64,000 nt of DNA from Isurus oxyrinchus (GCA_026770705.1 JANJGN010000019.1:18786001-18850000); one strand, 5' to 3'. Numbered from the stretch's first letter, positions 1 to 14,475 are shown. The notes: a model not told the origin generated them from the sequence alone. Program-made: numbers and translations.

Positions 1-912
1 GCTCTGGGTGGCGCTGCTGAGGTTGCCAAGCTGCTAGCCCTCCGATCGGGCCGAGCAGCTCAGTGAGGCAGGCCATGGTCCTGCATTAATAAAACGCTGC
101 TGTAATCCCTCTGCCCTCCCACACAGACCTGCCTGGGGTCCCGACATTGGAACTTCCATCATGGCAGCTAAATCCAGGCCATATTTTCTCTTCTGCTGAA
201 TCCTGGCAAGGTTATGTGCCAAATAACACAAGTTGGGGGCACAGGTCAGGTTCAATACAATCAAAGAATATTTTATTAGAATTCAACACATTGTTCAAAT
301 GTGTTGGGCACCTTGAATGTGCACAGGAATGCAGAAGGAGACCAGTGTGCGCTAAATTAAAATTCCAAAAATAATGCATGATGTTTCAAGCCTCAAGGCA
401 TTTTGTTTGATATGAAAGGGACTATAGAAAAGTACAGGGTGTGGTAGTTAACTCCTAGCAGGAAATATGAAGCATGGCCCCATGAAGCATGCGGACTATT
501 AGGAGTCTTCCAACCCACTGTGGGCCTCTGTTGTTTGCTTGCATGGCTATGGGGTAATGATTGAGCTCAACAATGGAAGGTGAGGATTAGAAACAAAGGT
601 CGTTCGACAGGTTTCTCTTAAAATATTTCTGATTCCATTACCGGTTGACCATGATTTATAACCTATGTTCCTTACATCATTCCTTTTCCCTAATCAGTGT
701 TCATCTATTTCATTTCCTTTTATTCCTGTGGTAAATGCCTACAGTTGTACGATAGGAATTAGTTGAACACCCATGCGGGGGAATCGCAAGGGTGCATCAT
801 CCCCCACCCCCCCGCCCCCTCCCCCCCCCCCCCCAACCCAACTAGAGTGTCCTTCAAGCAGACAATACGGCCCTTGATAAATAGCAAGTGAACAATGCCA
901 ACTACCCTTTAC

Positions 913-1035
913 CTTGGCAGCTCCTGTTGTCATTGTACATGGTGTAACCCTCAGGGCAGATACAGAAGTAATCGCCTGGCTCATTCACACATCGGTGCTG
1001 GCAGAGGAAATCTGAGAAACTGCACTCATTGATAT
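913..1035 (-). CDS. fbln5: Fibulin-5 cbEGF exon (human exon 8 equivalent); the gene continues left of the window
   Basis: catttctag|AT ATC AAT GAG...CAA G|gtaaag; 123 nt. DINECSFSDFLCQHRCVNEPGDYFCICPEGYTMYNDNRSCQ, with the NRS sequon retained. Confidence 0.97.
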
Positions 1036-1579
1036 CTAGAAATGAGAACCAATATCTGGGTTGGAAACTGTAGACAGAGCAGCGTTGTGTTGTGCTTTTT
1101 AGATTTATGAACAATCGGTTGCTTTTCTACCACACTGTTACATTTGTGACGTATTTACCCTGCTCAGAGGCGTAACAATATGTTTCGCTTTGTGCATAAA
1201 GTTAAAACGGCCTTTCATTAAAACTTTATTATAAACATCTTACTCAAAAGATGTCCTTTAATGCTGTGTAATGCTCCAGGGCCTGTGCTGACACTGCCCC
1301 AAACTCAAAACAGATTGGAACCTTACAACCTCAGGAAAAGCAGCCATTCATCCCAGTACTCTGGCTCAAACACAAGTCCAAGAGGTGGAAGGCCAACTAG
1401 TTAGCCCACTGTTTCATTCTAATTCTCATTTCTTTTAAATTTGAATATGTTTATTTGCCAGATCATGCAACAGTATAATAGGAATTAGTAAACTAGGACT
1501 GAAAGCAAGTTTATAAGTAAAATAAGATGGAGTTATGCTTGCACTGAAACACTTACAAACATAAACTAATATAATGATA

Positions 1580-2661
1580 GGGCAGGATTTTCCCTTGGGA
1601 TGGAAATCCAGAGGTTGGGATTGTTTTCAGGTCCCAAACGCACCCTGCGGTGGTGGTGGTAGCTTGGAGGGAAACAGTAACTCATTGTGATTTTCATTGG
1701 GGTGTCCAATTAATGGTCACTTAGTTGCCAGATGGTGTCTGATTAAAGATAGTGGTCAGGCTCTCAGAGATGGAGAGTCAATCTAAGGCCTTCTACTCTG
1801 AAAGGGGCAGAGCGCTGCAATAGAAGGTGTGTAAAAGAGAGAGCCTTTCAAAATGCTGGTATCCTCTCTCCAAATTTTGTAAACTTAAATAGGGTCTTGC
1901 ATCCCAGACCACCACTGTTGGGGAGGAACCCTACACCAAGCAGCCTAGGCCTGCTCCTACAACCAGGGGGAGCCCCAAGGCCAGCCTAGAGTGCTATCCA
2001 AACCACACCCACCCCCCTCCCCACTCCCCATCACTCTGGGAGCATGATTTCAAATCCCACCATGGCAGCTGGTGGAATTTAAATTCAATTAATAAAGTCT
2101 GGAATATAAAGCTAGTCTCAGTAATGGTGACCATGGCAACTAGCTGGTTCACCAATGTCCTTTAGGGAAGGAAATTTGCCATCCTTATCTGGTCTGACCT
2201 ACACGTGACTCCAGACCCACACTAGTGTGGTTGACTCTTAACTGCCCTCTGAAATGGACTAGCAAGCCACTCAGTTCAAGGGCAATTAGGGATCGGCAAC
2301 CAGTGCAGGCCTTGCCAGTGAGGTTCACATCCCATGAAAGAACGCAGAGAAAAAAGAAATTTTGTGATTGCAGAAATATTTTAAAGCATTGTAAATAAGC
2401 CTGTTGCACACTTCGAAACTAGTGTTATCTCTACATTGCTGTGAGGTAAATCAAATACATAAAATAGATAATAAACCAGTGAAAGATAACACTGTCTGCT
2501 ATCCACTGCACGCAGGAGGGTAGCTCTGCTGCTTCCCCCCACCCCCAATCCTGTCTCGGGATGGGTGGGATGGTGCCACGGAACTGACAAGCAGGCCACC
2601 GGGGCTATTTCTAGCTCCCAACTGCCTGTTTCCAGCCCCAGTAGGGGCTCGAAATCCTGCC
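1580..2661. mobile_element. Degenerate Harbinger-type MITE, apparently interrupted by a SINE
   Basis: Starts gggcaggattttc and ends gaaatcctgcc(t), an inverted pair like the other MITE ends in the window. Internal continuity is uncertain. Confidence 0.45.
2040..2345 (+). mobile_element. tRNA-derived SINE (5'-truncated) with LINE-derived tail
   Basis: Same body as the copy at 61110-61480 (tcaaatcccaccatggcag...ctggttcac.aatgtcctttagggaaggaaat...). The tail aagggcaattagggat...cacatcccatgaaagaa matches the LINE 3' end near 7110-7180. Confidence 0.8.
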
Positions 2662-3253
2662 TGTGTCTGCACTGATCACAATTTCGTTGAGCAAGCTTTT
2701 GGTTACCTGTCCTAATATTGCCACATGTGGCTTGCTGTTAAGTTTTGTCTGATTACACTCCTGTGAAGCACCTCAAGCCTTCTTAAACCATGTTAAAGGC
2801 ACTATAGAAATGCAAGTTGTTGTTGTATTTTTACCTGCATTTTCTTTCCTGATAAAGCTTATTTTAGTCTCAAAGAAATAAATTCCAAGTATATATATAT
2901 ATATAAAGCTACACCTGTGAGTTATTTCATTCTGAATGAGTTTCGTTGGGTACAATGGCCTTTATCATTCATTGCCGCCTTGCAATCGTCTGAAGAGTAA
3001 GCTGGAAGAATATATTTTTATGCAGTTTACTCCTGATAATTCAAAACTTATGCTAGAATATATTTGAAATATGTGATCATTTAAATTCAACAAAGTGAGA
3101 ATTTAGTGCTGAGAAAGACTGGTTGATTAGATAATTTAAATGACTGAATATAGCCATAATTACATTCCAAGCCAGGACATGAGACAGCTCAAAGCTACAA
3201 TTTAACTCCAAAGTATAGATATTACATATTTTTTAAAAACCCTTACTATAAAT

Positions 3254-3278
3254 TTAGATTAGATTAGATTAGATTAGA
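3254..3278. repeat. (TTAGA)5 microsatellite
   Basis: Read directly from the sequence. Confidence 0.9.
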
Positions 3279-4084
3279 ATCTGAAGTTTCCCGCAAATGA
3301 TGAGCACTGTTACAGAGAGGCCACAAGGTGGCGATCCTCAGCTTTACAGCCTCAGAGAGTTAATGGAGACTGAGCAGTTGCACTAAATGCCCATTCAGGT
3401 TCTCTTATACTGTGATTGCTTTTACATTGTTTTGAAGTGCAAATCAGAGGGAAAATGTGTTAATTTTTTCTGTTTCTCCCTTACGCTCTCAAGGTATTGC
3501 CCCCGACTTAAGTTTCCATTCGCTCTGTTTTTGCAATACAAGGGGGAGATTTTCTGCTATGGTCAACCATGGTGGGGTGGAAGGAATCACAGTGCGGGGC
3601 CTGGGGTGGGCGGAGAGATGAGCAATTTCTAAATAGCCATTGGCCAGTGGGCACAGTCCAATAGCAGAAGTGGCAAAATGGAAAGTCTTTTCTTAACGCT
3701 TTTCCCTGAAGCCTGCATATTTACAGCCTGTCTGGAGGATCTTTAATTTTAAAAAAGTTTCCTGATTCCTCAGAGACAAAGTCTTCATCTTGAGCTCTCA
3801 GGGACCCAGGAGTCCTGTGGTTTGAGCCTTACTCTGTGTGGAGTTAGCTGATCTTCGCCTGGGTAGCAGTAAGGATGTTACAGTTGGTTTTAAAACTGCC
3901 GGCAACTGTGTGTGTATATTTGTGGACATCAGGTCAGGATAGGATCAAGCTCGGCTGCGATGCCCTCCATAGTCTGATAACCGGCTGTCGGTCATTGTAA
4001 AGACTCACCCTGAAAAAATGTTCACTTGGGCAAATTACCCGAGGGTGACTGGTAGTCACATGGAGTAGTTCAGGTGAACATTGT

Positions 4085-4495
4085 TAGCTGTGGCTCAATT
4101 CTTGCCTCTGAGTTAGAAGGTTGTGGGTTCATGTTCTTCGCCAGTAATCTTAGTGCAGAAATCTAGGGTAAAACTGCAGTGCATTGTTCAGACGAGGCAT
4201 TAAACCAAAGCCCTGTCTGCACTCCCAGGTGGGCAAGTTCCCACTGGCACAATTTCAAAGAAGAGTAGGGAGGTTCTATTTGATGCCCTGGTCAATATTT
4301 ACCCCTCAATCAAGATCACAAAAAAGTGTTTATCTAGTCATTATTGCACTGTTGTTTGTGGGAACTTACTGTGTAGAAACCAGCTGTTATGTTTCCTACA
4401 TTACAACAGTGACTAAGCTAAAAAGCACTTCATTGGCTGTCAAGTACTTTGGGACACCCTGACATCATGGAAAGTGCTGTGTAAATACGAGTTAA
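4085..4495 (+). mobile_element. Deu-domain SINE (SacSINE1/AmnSINE-like)
   Basis: tRNA-like head (tggctca...gggttca) and the conserved 3' block tttcctacattacaacagtgact...cacttcattggctgt..agtactttgggaca.cctga. The family recurs several times in the window. Confidence 0.75.
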
Positions 4496-5254
4496 GTCAT
4501 TCAATAGCCTAAGTGTATTTAAAGGAAAAGCTGGATAAGTACATGAGGGAGAATGGAACAGAGGGTGATGTTGATAGGCTGAGATGAAGTGAGGTAGGAG
4601 AAGCCTCATGTAGAGTTTGAACAACCAATGTGGACAGCTGACTTGTTCCTGCGCTGGGGAATCCACATGAAATTAATTCTATGTGGCTGTGAAACTAAGG
4701 GAATATTTTCAAGGAAGGAGGGCAGAAATTGGGAAGCAAGAAATGCCCTGCATCGAAGGAGTACATGAAATACAAGCTTACGACATATTGACACACTTCT
4801 TCTCGGACTGTAATTACATGTTGGATGATGCAAAGGGTAATTCGACAAAGGTGTCTATGGTAACACACATTAAAATATGTTATTCTGCTGGGACTAGCAT
4901 TTGTGGAGTTTAAGGAGTATGTGACAAAATGCGCTGATGGGGTCTATTAGTAACTGTTCTTCAAACTCTCTGAGACATGGCATCACTCTTTCTGTGTGTA
5001 TTCTTTTATTTGATTTCCATCCATGAGTAACATTTTCCTGTTGTGAAACAAACTCCACTGCACAGTTTCACAGTTGGTTGATTCCATATACCCCAAACTA
5101 CCTTAATATCCACAGTAGCAGAACACTAAAAAACACTGTAATTTTAGACGATGCTGCTCATTTTTGTAAAGCGCTGTTGCACACGTTTTGTTAAAACTTT
5201 GCCTTTTTCATTGAGTTCAGTTCATTCTAATAATGAGCTAAACTGGACATTATG

Positions 5255-5690
5255 CCTGTGGCCTAAGTGTCAGTGGTCGCGCTCTCATCTTTGGGTCATA
5301 GGTTCAAGTCCTACTCCAACAACTTAAGCACATAAGTTAGATGGACGCTTGACAGTGCTGTACTGAGGGAATGCTGCACTGTTGGATGTGCTGTCTTTCA
5401 GATGCAATATTAAACTGAGGCCTTGCCTGCTCTCTCCGGTGGATGCAAAAGATCCAATGGCATTATTTCAAACAAGGCCAGGGATAATATCCCCAAGGTC
5501 CTGGTCAATATTTGTCCATCAATTAACATCAGTGATAAAAAAAACTCAGGTTCTCTGCTTATCACTGATCTGGGAGCTTCCTAAGTGCAAATTGGCTGCC
5601 ACATTTCTTAGTGACTTGAGAAATGTAGTTCTTTGAGACATCCTGAGGTCATGAAAGACGTTATGCAAATGCAAGTCTTTCTTTCTTTAA
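5255..5690 (+). mobile_element. Deu-domain SINE copy
   Basis: Collinear with 4085-4495; ends ctttgagacatcctgaggtcatgaaag...aaatgcaagtctttcttt. Confidence 0.75.
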
Positions 5691-5969
5691 GATTGATGGC
5701 TAGCTGTAACATCTCATATAAGGATTAAATTCTGTATCCGCTCACCCACTATGGTCTGTTGTGCAACTACCAAGATCCAGGGTTGGAGCAAGAAGCAACA
5801 AGCTGTCCTACTACCTATTGTTGTTGGTGTGGAAGCTTTACTTTCTAATCAATGCTGTTCCCTTAACTGACTCATTCCAGGTTCCTGCACAGACTTTAAC
5901 CTGAATGTTTGCGTGAATATAAAACTGCAGCTCATCTCACATCACTCCTGAGTTTTACTTGTCTGGATT

Positions 5970-7184
5970 TGGTTCAAACATGGACAAAAGAGCTGATCTC
6001 CCGAGGTGAGGTGAGAGTGACTGCCCTTGACATCAAGGCCGCACTTGACTGAGTGTGACGTCAAGGAACCCGGGCAAAACTGGAGTCAATGGGAATCAGG
6101 GGGAAAACTCTCCGCTGGTTGGAGTCATACCTAGCACAAAGGAAGATGGTTGTGGTTGTTGGAGATCAGTCATCTCAGTTCCAAGACATCACTGCAGGAA
6201 TTCCTCAGGGTAGGGTTCTTGGCCCAACCATCTTCGGCTGCTTCATCAATTCCCTTCCTTCTATTATAAGGTCAGAAGTGGGGATGTTCACTGATGATTG
6301 CACAATGTTCAGCACCTTTCACGACACCTCAGATGCTGAAGCAGTCCATATCCAAATGCAGCAAGACCTGGACAATATCCAGGCTTAGGCTGACAAATGG
6401 CAAGTAACATTCACACCACACAAGTGCCAAGCAATGACCATCTCCAACAAGAGAGAATCTAACCATTGCCCCTTGACGTTCAATGGCATTATCATCACTG
6501 AATCCCCCACTATCAACACCCTGGGGGTTACCATTGACAGAAACTGAACAGGACTAGCCATATAAATACTATGACTACAAGAGCAGGTCAGAGGCTAGGA
6601 ATCTGGCAACATGTAACTCACCTCCTGATTCCCCAAAGTTTGTCCATAATCTACAAGGCACAAGTCAGGAGTGTGATGGGACACTCCCCACTTGTCTGGA
6701 TGAATGCAGCTCCCGCAACATTCAAGAAGCTTGACACCATCCAGGGCAAAGCAGCCCACATGATTGGCACCCCATGCACAAATATTCACTCCCTCCACCA
6801 CCGACGCACAGTAGCAGCAGTGTGTACCATCTGCAAGATGCTCTGCAGGAATTCATCAAGGCTCCTTAGGCAGCACCTTCCAAACCCAGGACTGCCATCA
6901 TCTAGAAGGACAAGGGCAGCAGGTGCATGGGAATACCACCACCTGGAAGTTCCCCTCCAAATCACTCACCATCCTGACTTGGAAATATATCACCATTCCT
7001 TCACTGTCGCTGGATCAAAATCCTGGAACTCCCTCCCTAACAGCACTGTGGGTGTACATACACCACATGGACTGCAGCGGTTCAAGAAGGCAGCTCACCA
7101 CCACCTTCTCAAGGGCAACTAGGGATGGGCAATAAATGCTGGCCAGTCAGAGAAGCCCACATCCCGTGAATGAATAAAAAAAAA
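5970..7184 (+). mobile_element. 5'-truncated non-LTR retrotransposon (CR1/L2 group), RT C-terminal half plus 3' tail
   Basis: ORFs 6089-6388 (GIPQGRVLGPTIF...MFTDDCT) and 6571-7122 are broken by a stop and a frameshift. Ends gaatgaataaaaaaaaa. Confidence 0.9.
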
Positions 7185-8239
7185 CCGGGGGGGGGGGAAG
7201 CGTAAAGCGGATTGTGACTCACTGTCACCTCCTTCTCACTTTACACAGTCAGGATCTGATCCCTCACAATGGAAGATACATTTTCATAATTTACCTCACT
7301 GACATTCTTTGCTTTATGGATGTCAGTCATCATGTTACTTTCCTTGAGGCTTTAACTGCAGTGTGTAACATTTATTGTTTTAAAAGATCAATCAGTTGGT
7401 AAGATTAATCCCTAATGTTAACCGTCTTTCTGTTTTGCTGGCTTTATTTATGGGCATTTCAAGGTTTATTTTGTTTAACTAACATGTGCTGATGGCACCA
7501 CTGAAAGCAATCCTCTTGGATAGAGTGATCTCACCTCACAGCTGTGGAAGAAGAATGAATGTCGATAGCACTGACTAACCCAGGATTATTCACAACTGTT
7601 TCACACTGCTGGATGCAGTAACCCCTCCAGGTCCATCCCTTCATCCATCATTCATTCATCACTAGCTCTTTTCCAAACAGAAACATACAGTGTAATCATT
7701 TCCTTGTAAAAGATTTTCCTAAAAAGGACTAGGAGGTCGGCAGAGGAACACACTGTCCTAACCCCTCGGCAACACAATCCAGTTGACACACACAAGACAA
7801 CAGCCTTTTCCCCTCGGCAGTCACAACCGTTCCAACCTGAAACAAGAGACTGTGGGAAATGAAGAAACCCCCTCCTGTTTCAGGAGTGAGAACTGCTTTA
7901 AAGTTGAGAATAAGGCATGTTGTTGAGACCTGGCCTGAGCTGGGCATGTGCAATCACTGACATTGAGCAGAACAAGTTGGAAAATGTTCCATTCTCCAGC
8001 AATTACATTCCTGAAAGAAACTGATTCACCAAAAAACAAACATATATATTAATGGGCACCGATGGGAAAGCGCTTTAAAACCTTTGATTTGTCAGATCTG
8101 GGAACACACATGAGGTTCAAAGCATTAGGGAGAATGTTAGTTAGAAATCAGACATACACCTAATTACATAGAGGTGGAATTAGCACATACATAAATGTGC
8201 AACTTAGATACTAAATAGCATAGCAGTCAACTCCATGTG

Positions 8240-9530
8240 AAATAGTTAGAGGCCAATCAGCCCATCATGTCTGTGTCAGCTCTTTGCAATAGCAACTCTT
8301 AAAGCCCCTCTCTCCGCCCTCTCCCTGTAGGCCTGCAAGCTCTATCTCAAAGAACAAAGTACAAAGAAAAGTACAGCACAGGAACAGGCCCTTCGGCTCT
8401 CCAAGCCTGCGCTGATCATATTGCCCGTCAACTAAAACATTTTGCACTTCTGGGGCCTGTATCCCTCTATTCCCATCCTATTATCCAAATCCCCTCTGAA
8501 AGCTACAATTGAACCTTTTTCCACCACACTCTCAGGCAGTGCATTCCAAATCTTAACCACTTGCTGCGTAAAAAAAATTTTTCCTCATGTCGCTGTTGCT
8601 TTTTATTGCCATTCACCTTAAATCCATGCCCTTTGACCTTTCTGTCAACAGGAACAGTTTCTCCCAATCTACTCCCTTCAGACCCCTCGTGATTTTGAAC
8701 AACGATGTCAAATCTCCTCTCCAAGGAGAACAGCCCCAGCTTCTTCAACTTATTCACATAACTGAAGTCTTTCATCCCTGGAACCAAAGTCCCTCTTCAC
8801 CTCTCTAATCCCTTCACAGCCCACATAAAGTATGGTCCCCAGAACGGAACACAATACTCCAGCTGAGGCTGAGCCAGTGTTTTAAACATGTTCATCATAA
8901 CTTCCTTGCTTTTGTACCCAGCCTGTATTTATAAAGACCAGGATCCTGTGCGTTTTTTTAACTACTTCCTCAACCTGCCCATCCATCCTTAACAAGTCAT
9001 ACACGTCAGCATGCAGATCCCTCTGCTCCTGCACCCTGTTTATAATTGTATCTTTAAGTTTATATTGCCTCTGCTCATTCCCCCTTCCGATATGTATCAC
9101 TTCACGCTTCTCTGCGTTAAATTTAATCTATCACGTCTCCACCCACTTCGTCAGCCTGTCTATGACCTCTTGAAGTCCATCACTACCCTCACAGTTCACA
9201 ATAGTTACAAGTTGGTGTCATCTGAAAATTTTGGCATTGCGCCCTGTACGCCCAGCGGGGGTCATACATATATACCAAGAAAAGCAGTGGTTGGAGTACT
9301 GACCCCTGGGGAGCCCACTGTATGCTTCCTCTCAGTCCAAAAAGCAACCGTTCACCACTACTCTGTATTTCCCATCACTCAACCAGTTTTGTAACCATGT
9401 CACCACTGTCCCTTTTATTTCATAGGCTTCAGCTTTGCTGATAAGCCTGTTATGTGGCACTTTATCAAATGCCTTTTGGAAGTCCACGTACACCACATCA
9501 ACCGCATTAATCTCATCATCCCTCTCTGTT
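8240..9530 (-). mobile_element. Degenerate CR1 LINE 3' fragment with a second CR1 tail nested at about 8350-8480
   Basis: Minus-strand remnants of the VYVDFQKAFDKVPH motif and MVPGMKDFSY...LGLFSLERR. Confidence 0.85.
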
Positions 9531-11676
9531 ACTCCCTGAGAGAAAGCTAGAGCTCCATTTAAATTAATAAGTAAGTAAATAGAACTTTAAAATAAAAAAT
9601 TATATTGTTTACACCCATTCTGTTCACTAATTATAAAGTTTAACCACAAACTGCAGTTAAGTAATTATTTTTTAAACCAAGTCTCCAGTTTCAGTTATAA
9701 TATCCTCTGTGTATTCTGTTATTCAACCAAATTACAAAATAACTACAATTCAAAAAATGCTCATTTATAATAAAAAATTGTCTGCAGGAAATTACTTAAT
9801 ACAAATTAATATTTTATTTGGAATTCAAGGTGGATAAAATGTAACAAAAATGTAGCAATTACAGCATTGCTTCTCTTTCCAGCAGCTGATGAATTCACCA
9901 TTTGTTTAATATTAATCACAGTTAATTTTAAATCCTTCCATACAGTGCAACTTGCAGTTTCTGATGATACGTACTCCAGTTTATGGCAACTGTAGGTCAC
10001 CTTGGTCCTGATTAGGGCTCCCCCTGGTTAATCGCTTGTTTTCTTATTCATGTCACAGAAACGCCTCCCCAACCCCAGCCCCCATGCACCCCGCCTCCCC
10101 ACCCCCACACCCCTACCCCCACCCCCTCCCCATGCCACCCCCAACCCCCCAATCCTTCATAGTTGGGTAAAATGTTCCAATTATCTCATTTGTTCCAATT
10201 GAAGAAAACCTGGTAAAATACTCAAAGATTGAAACAGAGTTAGAACAAACAGCCCCTTTGAAAAGACTCTCACCACTGGTGCTCCTTTTTCCTATAATTC
10301 CTCTCACCTCTCCTGAAAGCTCATAGGCAGAAATCAGAGATTTCAGTACAGAAAAGGGTAGTTTTGGCTTTGTGTGATAGTGTATAGCAGGTGATCAGGA
10401 CCCCATTTACCCCCCTCCCCATCTTTATTTCCAATTACTTCAATGGCAGAATGTCAAAATTTACTCAAAGGAGCCCAATCGACCCATCGAGGCCACGGCC
10501 CTGCTGAGCTCTACATTGGGCTATTTCTCTATTATCAACCCTAATCCCACATCCTCGTTTTTCCACCATACCCTTTCCAAATCTACCCCTCTGATTCCCT
10601 CTTAACTCTTGACTTAGCTTCAGAAGCCACTATCCTGTTTGAAGCAGCAGAATCAATTTGAATTTATTATAATTGTACAGACTTGTTAGGCTAGATGAGA
10701 AAGTGAGTAGATGTCAAGGCATTGATTGCTTCACATGTCAAAATATGGCTGAGTTGATTATATATACACTCCAACATTCAATCCATCCTAAAGCGTGTCT
10801 CACCACAGGATTAGCTGGAAGTAGGTGAGCAGCGCAGACCAAGATATGGAATCCTGTCTTTTGTATGTCTCAGTGCCTGACCATATGGTGCAATTCTTAC
10901 TCAACAACAACGGCAACAACAACTTGTATTTATGTAGCATATTTAACATGTTTTCAATGTTAAACAGAAAGGAAGCAACTTTCAAATTCAAATGCTATGG
11001 CAAATTCAAAGCTGAGACAGGAATCAAATTATTTTTTAAACACTGCACGGTGAACAGATTTTAATGAGCTCATTAAAAGACTGCTAGCAAATAGCAATTT
11101 AGCACAATAGGCAAAATCTAGCCTCTTCATTTTCTCTTTGTCTGGTGACAACATGTTTATTTTGCTACAGACTACTCATAAAACCTTAATATTAGTCTAA
11201 CGTTTTGACTGCTTCCTTTCTGTATCTAACATTAAAAACGTGGTCCCATGAATAAATATTATAGTTTGAGCTTCAGGTATATTTGAAAAGCAATGTGGAC
11301 ATTGCAGTGATATTCCCTTTAGGCGATTGGTCACTTCTTTTCATTGACTCCACTAATTTAGTAGGTACAGATATAAGTTTGTTCAAACACACTGGCTATA
11401 GATTATTGAGTCTTGCTAGTTTTCAGTGGTTGTGTACTGGTCATGGCACATCATGAGGTTGGAAGGGGAAAGGTCTTGGGAGTGTAGCCAACAACAACCA
11501 GATCTCCAGTTGACTCAAGTATGAAGTAATAATGTTAGCAAAACCATGGAGTAGTTCATGCATTGCTCAATGAAACATATATCTGAGTTAGAAACTTGTC
11601 GGTGGTGGAATGTTGGGGATAGAGGCAGGAAAATAAAGACAGGCATTTTTAGGAAAAGCTTTGTTCCATTTCTTAC

Positions 11677-11796
11677 CCTCACAGCCTGTTCCCTCTGAGT
11701 TTAATTCATATCCAGTATCACAGCGACAAAGGAAGGAACCATATGTGTTGATGCAATGCTGGCTGCAAGGATTCTCTCCAGCACATTCGTCAACAT
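11677..11796 (-). CDS. fbln5: Fibulin-5 cbEGF exon (human exon 7 equivalent)
   Basis: actctag|AT GTT GAC GAA...GAG G|gtaaga; 120 nt. [40 protein letters not shown]. Confidence 0.97.
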
Positions 11797-12646
11797 CTAG
11801 AGTATGGAGGTATAGAACCAGTGTCAGCACAGTGAGTCACTTGTTGGGATAGAATATACAAGATACCCTTTATCCTGTTCTGAAAATCATGTCCTAGTGA
11901 GCTTCAGGCGACTACTGCCAAAGACCACTGCACCAACTTTCAAGGCTGGTGAAGAGACCACAAAGAGGCTACAAGAGGAAGCTAGCAAAGAAAACGGCAT
12001 CAAAGACAAGCACATAGCCAAATCTGTGTACCTGAGATGAAAAGATACCACAATCTTGATTCATAAGCAAGGGAAATATTCGTAAAAATTAGAAACAGCT
12101 ACATGAAAAACATTCTGTCCAAAGCAGCAAGGGAGTTTGAAGACCACAATTGGATGTGACCTACCTCACTAGACGTGAGGGTAAAGTTTCAAACAGTTTA
12201 CATCATATACTCCATATTGTTGTTTGTGGGAGCTTATTGTTTGCAAATTGGCTACCGCGTTCCCTGAAACGATGATTACTTTATTGGCTGTAAAGTGTTT
12301 TAGGACATCCTCAGAATGTAACAGACACAATATTAATGCAAATTCTTTCCTTTGCAACAAGTGTTCATTGAGTTGAAGAGTTCTCCAGTTGAGACCATCC
12401 TAACCTGTCAGGCATCGGAAAAGAAGAATTGGCAAAAAACATTGTATCGCTTGATTACTCAAGGAACCTGAGATAAACAGTGCTCCAAGTGTGAGTAATC
12501 TGAGTAAAGAGTTACTGATGACATCTATTTTGTTGAGGCAACAGTGGTACCAGCATCTCCTAGTCTTGGGGTTAATGTTTCACTCTCCTGTTAGGTTCAG
12601 CCTGCTACAGGGTGAAGGGCCTTGAGAAGAATAGAAACAAGACCAT

Positions 12647-13342
12647 GGGCATGTTTTCAATGGGGGTGGGTGGGGGGCACATAAAATATGGTGGGTTCCA
12701 ACCCCATCACCTTCCTGCCCACCCCCGAGCTCACCTCTATAACATGGAAATCAGCAGCCTACATGCCGTATTTAAAAAATCAAGGGTCAGTTGAGCTTGT
12801 TAACAAGCCAAATGACCTCAATAATATGCTGCCCATGCTATATTACAGTTAGTGTGGGCAGTCAGATTGAAGTGGGCAAGCTATTTTTAAAAAGTTTTTA
12901 AAAGGGTGGGAAGGAAGGGGGAGTGCTGTCTTTGGGGGGGGCGGGGGGGGGGGGGGGGGGGGTGGGGTACACTCTGTGCATCAGGGACAGCCCCTCCCAA
13001 GATAGTAATCCCCCTCTCTTCCTACCCACCTCCTCTCTAAAACCAACTGCCCCCAACCCCAAACCCCTTCCCAAGCTGCTTAAGCCATTGGGCCTTTTTC
13101 TTGGGGCTGGTTGCAGTCCCAGCAGTAGCCACTAATGCGCTCTTGGCGCTGCCAGGACTGCTGGAGATGCCGGCCAATCAGATTGGCCAGCAGTTCCCGA
13201 GGACGGGACTTCCTCCCCAGTGAGGGATGGAAGTCCCACTGGCAGGCGATTTAGCCCGCACGCAGCATGTTATGACTGCGGGGTGGGCTGATGTGGAGTG
13301 GATCAGCTCCTCGCCGACTTTGCTTCCTTAAAATGTAGCCCC
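12647..13342. mobile_element. Harbinger-type MITE
   Basis: Ends gggcatgtttt / aaaatgtagccc. Internal ccaatcagattggc and gggacttcc...ggaagtccc motifs are shared with elements near 49040-49712 and 61563-62257. Confidence 0.55.
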
Positions 13343-14051
13343 ATGTTTGTAAGCAGTTCAGCAGTTACCCTTGAAATACTAGCTGGAGGTACCTGGCATG
13401 AAGTGCTGTTTGGCACTGCCTACCTGGACAGTAATATTTCTTGAAATGGCAAGTGGTAGGCAGGGGAGAGCTAACCCCTTAGATCTATCCACAGCTGAGT
13501 CAGAGAATTACTGCGGCCGGGTGCTCAAGTGTTTTCTTCATGTTAGATAAAGTGAGATATATAGATTACAACATCAAGATCCATATTGTACATGCCCAGG
13601 AAAGGGTACTGTCTCTGTTTGTGTCTTTGTATGAATGTAAAACTAACATCTGTGCCATGCCTCAAGTACTGCTTCCAGTTTTGGACATTCAGCTTACAAA
13701 AATGAACCCTGGTTTTGGAAAGGGTTAAAGAAGTACATGGATGAAAGAATCTCCTAATTCATGACCCATGTATCGAGAGGAGTGCAGACTGACAAGTCTG
13801 TTCTCAGTGAAAATGAAGATTAAGTAGCCACACAATCAAAAGTTGAAGAGTAATTAGCAAGTGAATATGGAGAAGTTATTTGTGCCAAATAGGTGAAGGA
13901 AACAAAGGGATTTAGTTATGAGCTGAGGAAACAAATCCAAAGGTGATTTAGCAGTAACTAATTCTTACCTGGAGCTATTAACCTACTGCTAAGGCCACAA
14001 TGCACTACTACAAATGATGCCTCAGTTCAAACAGGCAAAGGTAGACAGTAA

Positions 14052-14475
14052 AGAAAGATTTGCATTTATATTGTGTATTTCATCCCAAAGTACTTCAATG
14101 AAGTACTTTTGAAGTGCAGTCACTGTTGTAGGAAACATGACAGCCAATTTGCACATAGTGAATCCCCACATACAGCAATGTAATAATGATCAGATAATCT
14201 GTTTTGGTGAGGTTGATTGAGGAATAAACATTGGCTAGGACACCAAGGTTGATTCCTCTGTTCCTCTTTGAAATAGTGCCATGGGATCTTTTACGCACAA
14301 TTGAGAGGGCAAACAGGGCTTCAATTTAACATTGCATCCAAACAGGAACACATCTCACCCTCAGTACCACATTGTGGTGTCAGCCTTGATTTTTGTGCTC
14401 AGGTCTTGGAGTAGGACTTGAACCCACAACCTTTTGACATGGAGACAAATGTACTACCAACTGAACCATGGCTGA
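14052..14475 (-). mobile_element. Deu-domain SINE copy
   Basis: Reverse complement of the 4085/5255 family, including the tRNA-like head at about 14400-14475. Confidence 0.78.
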
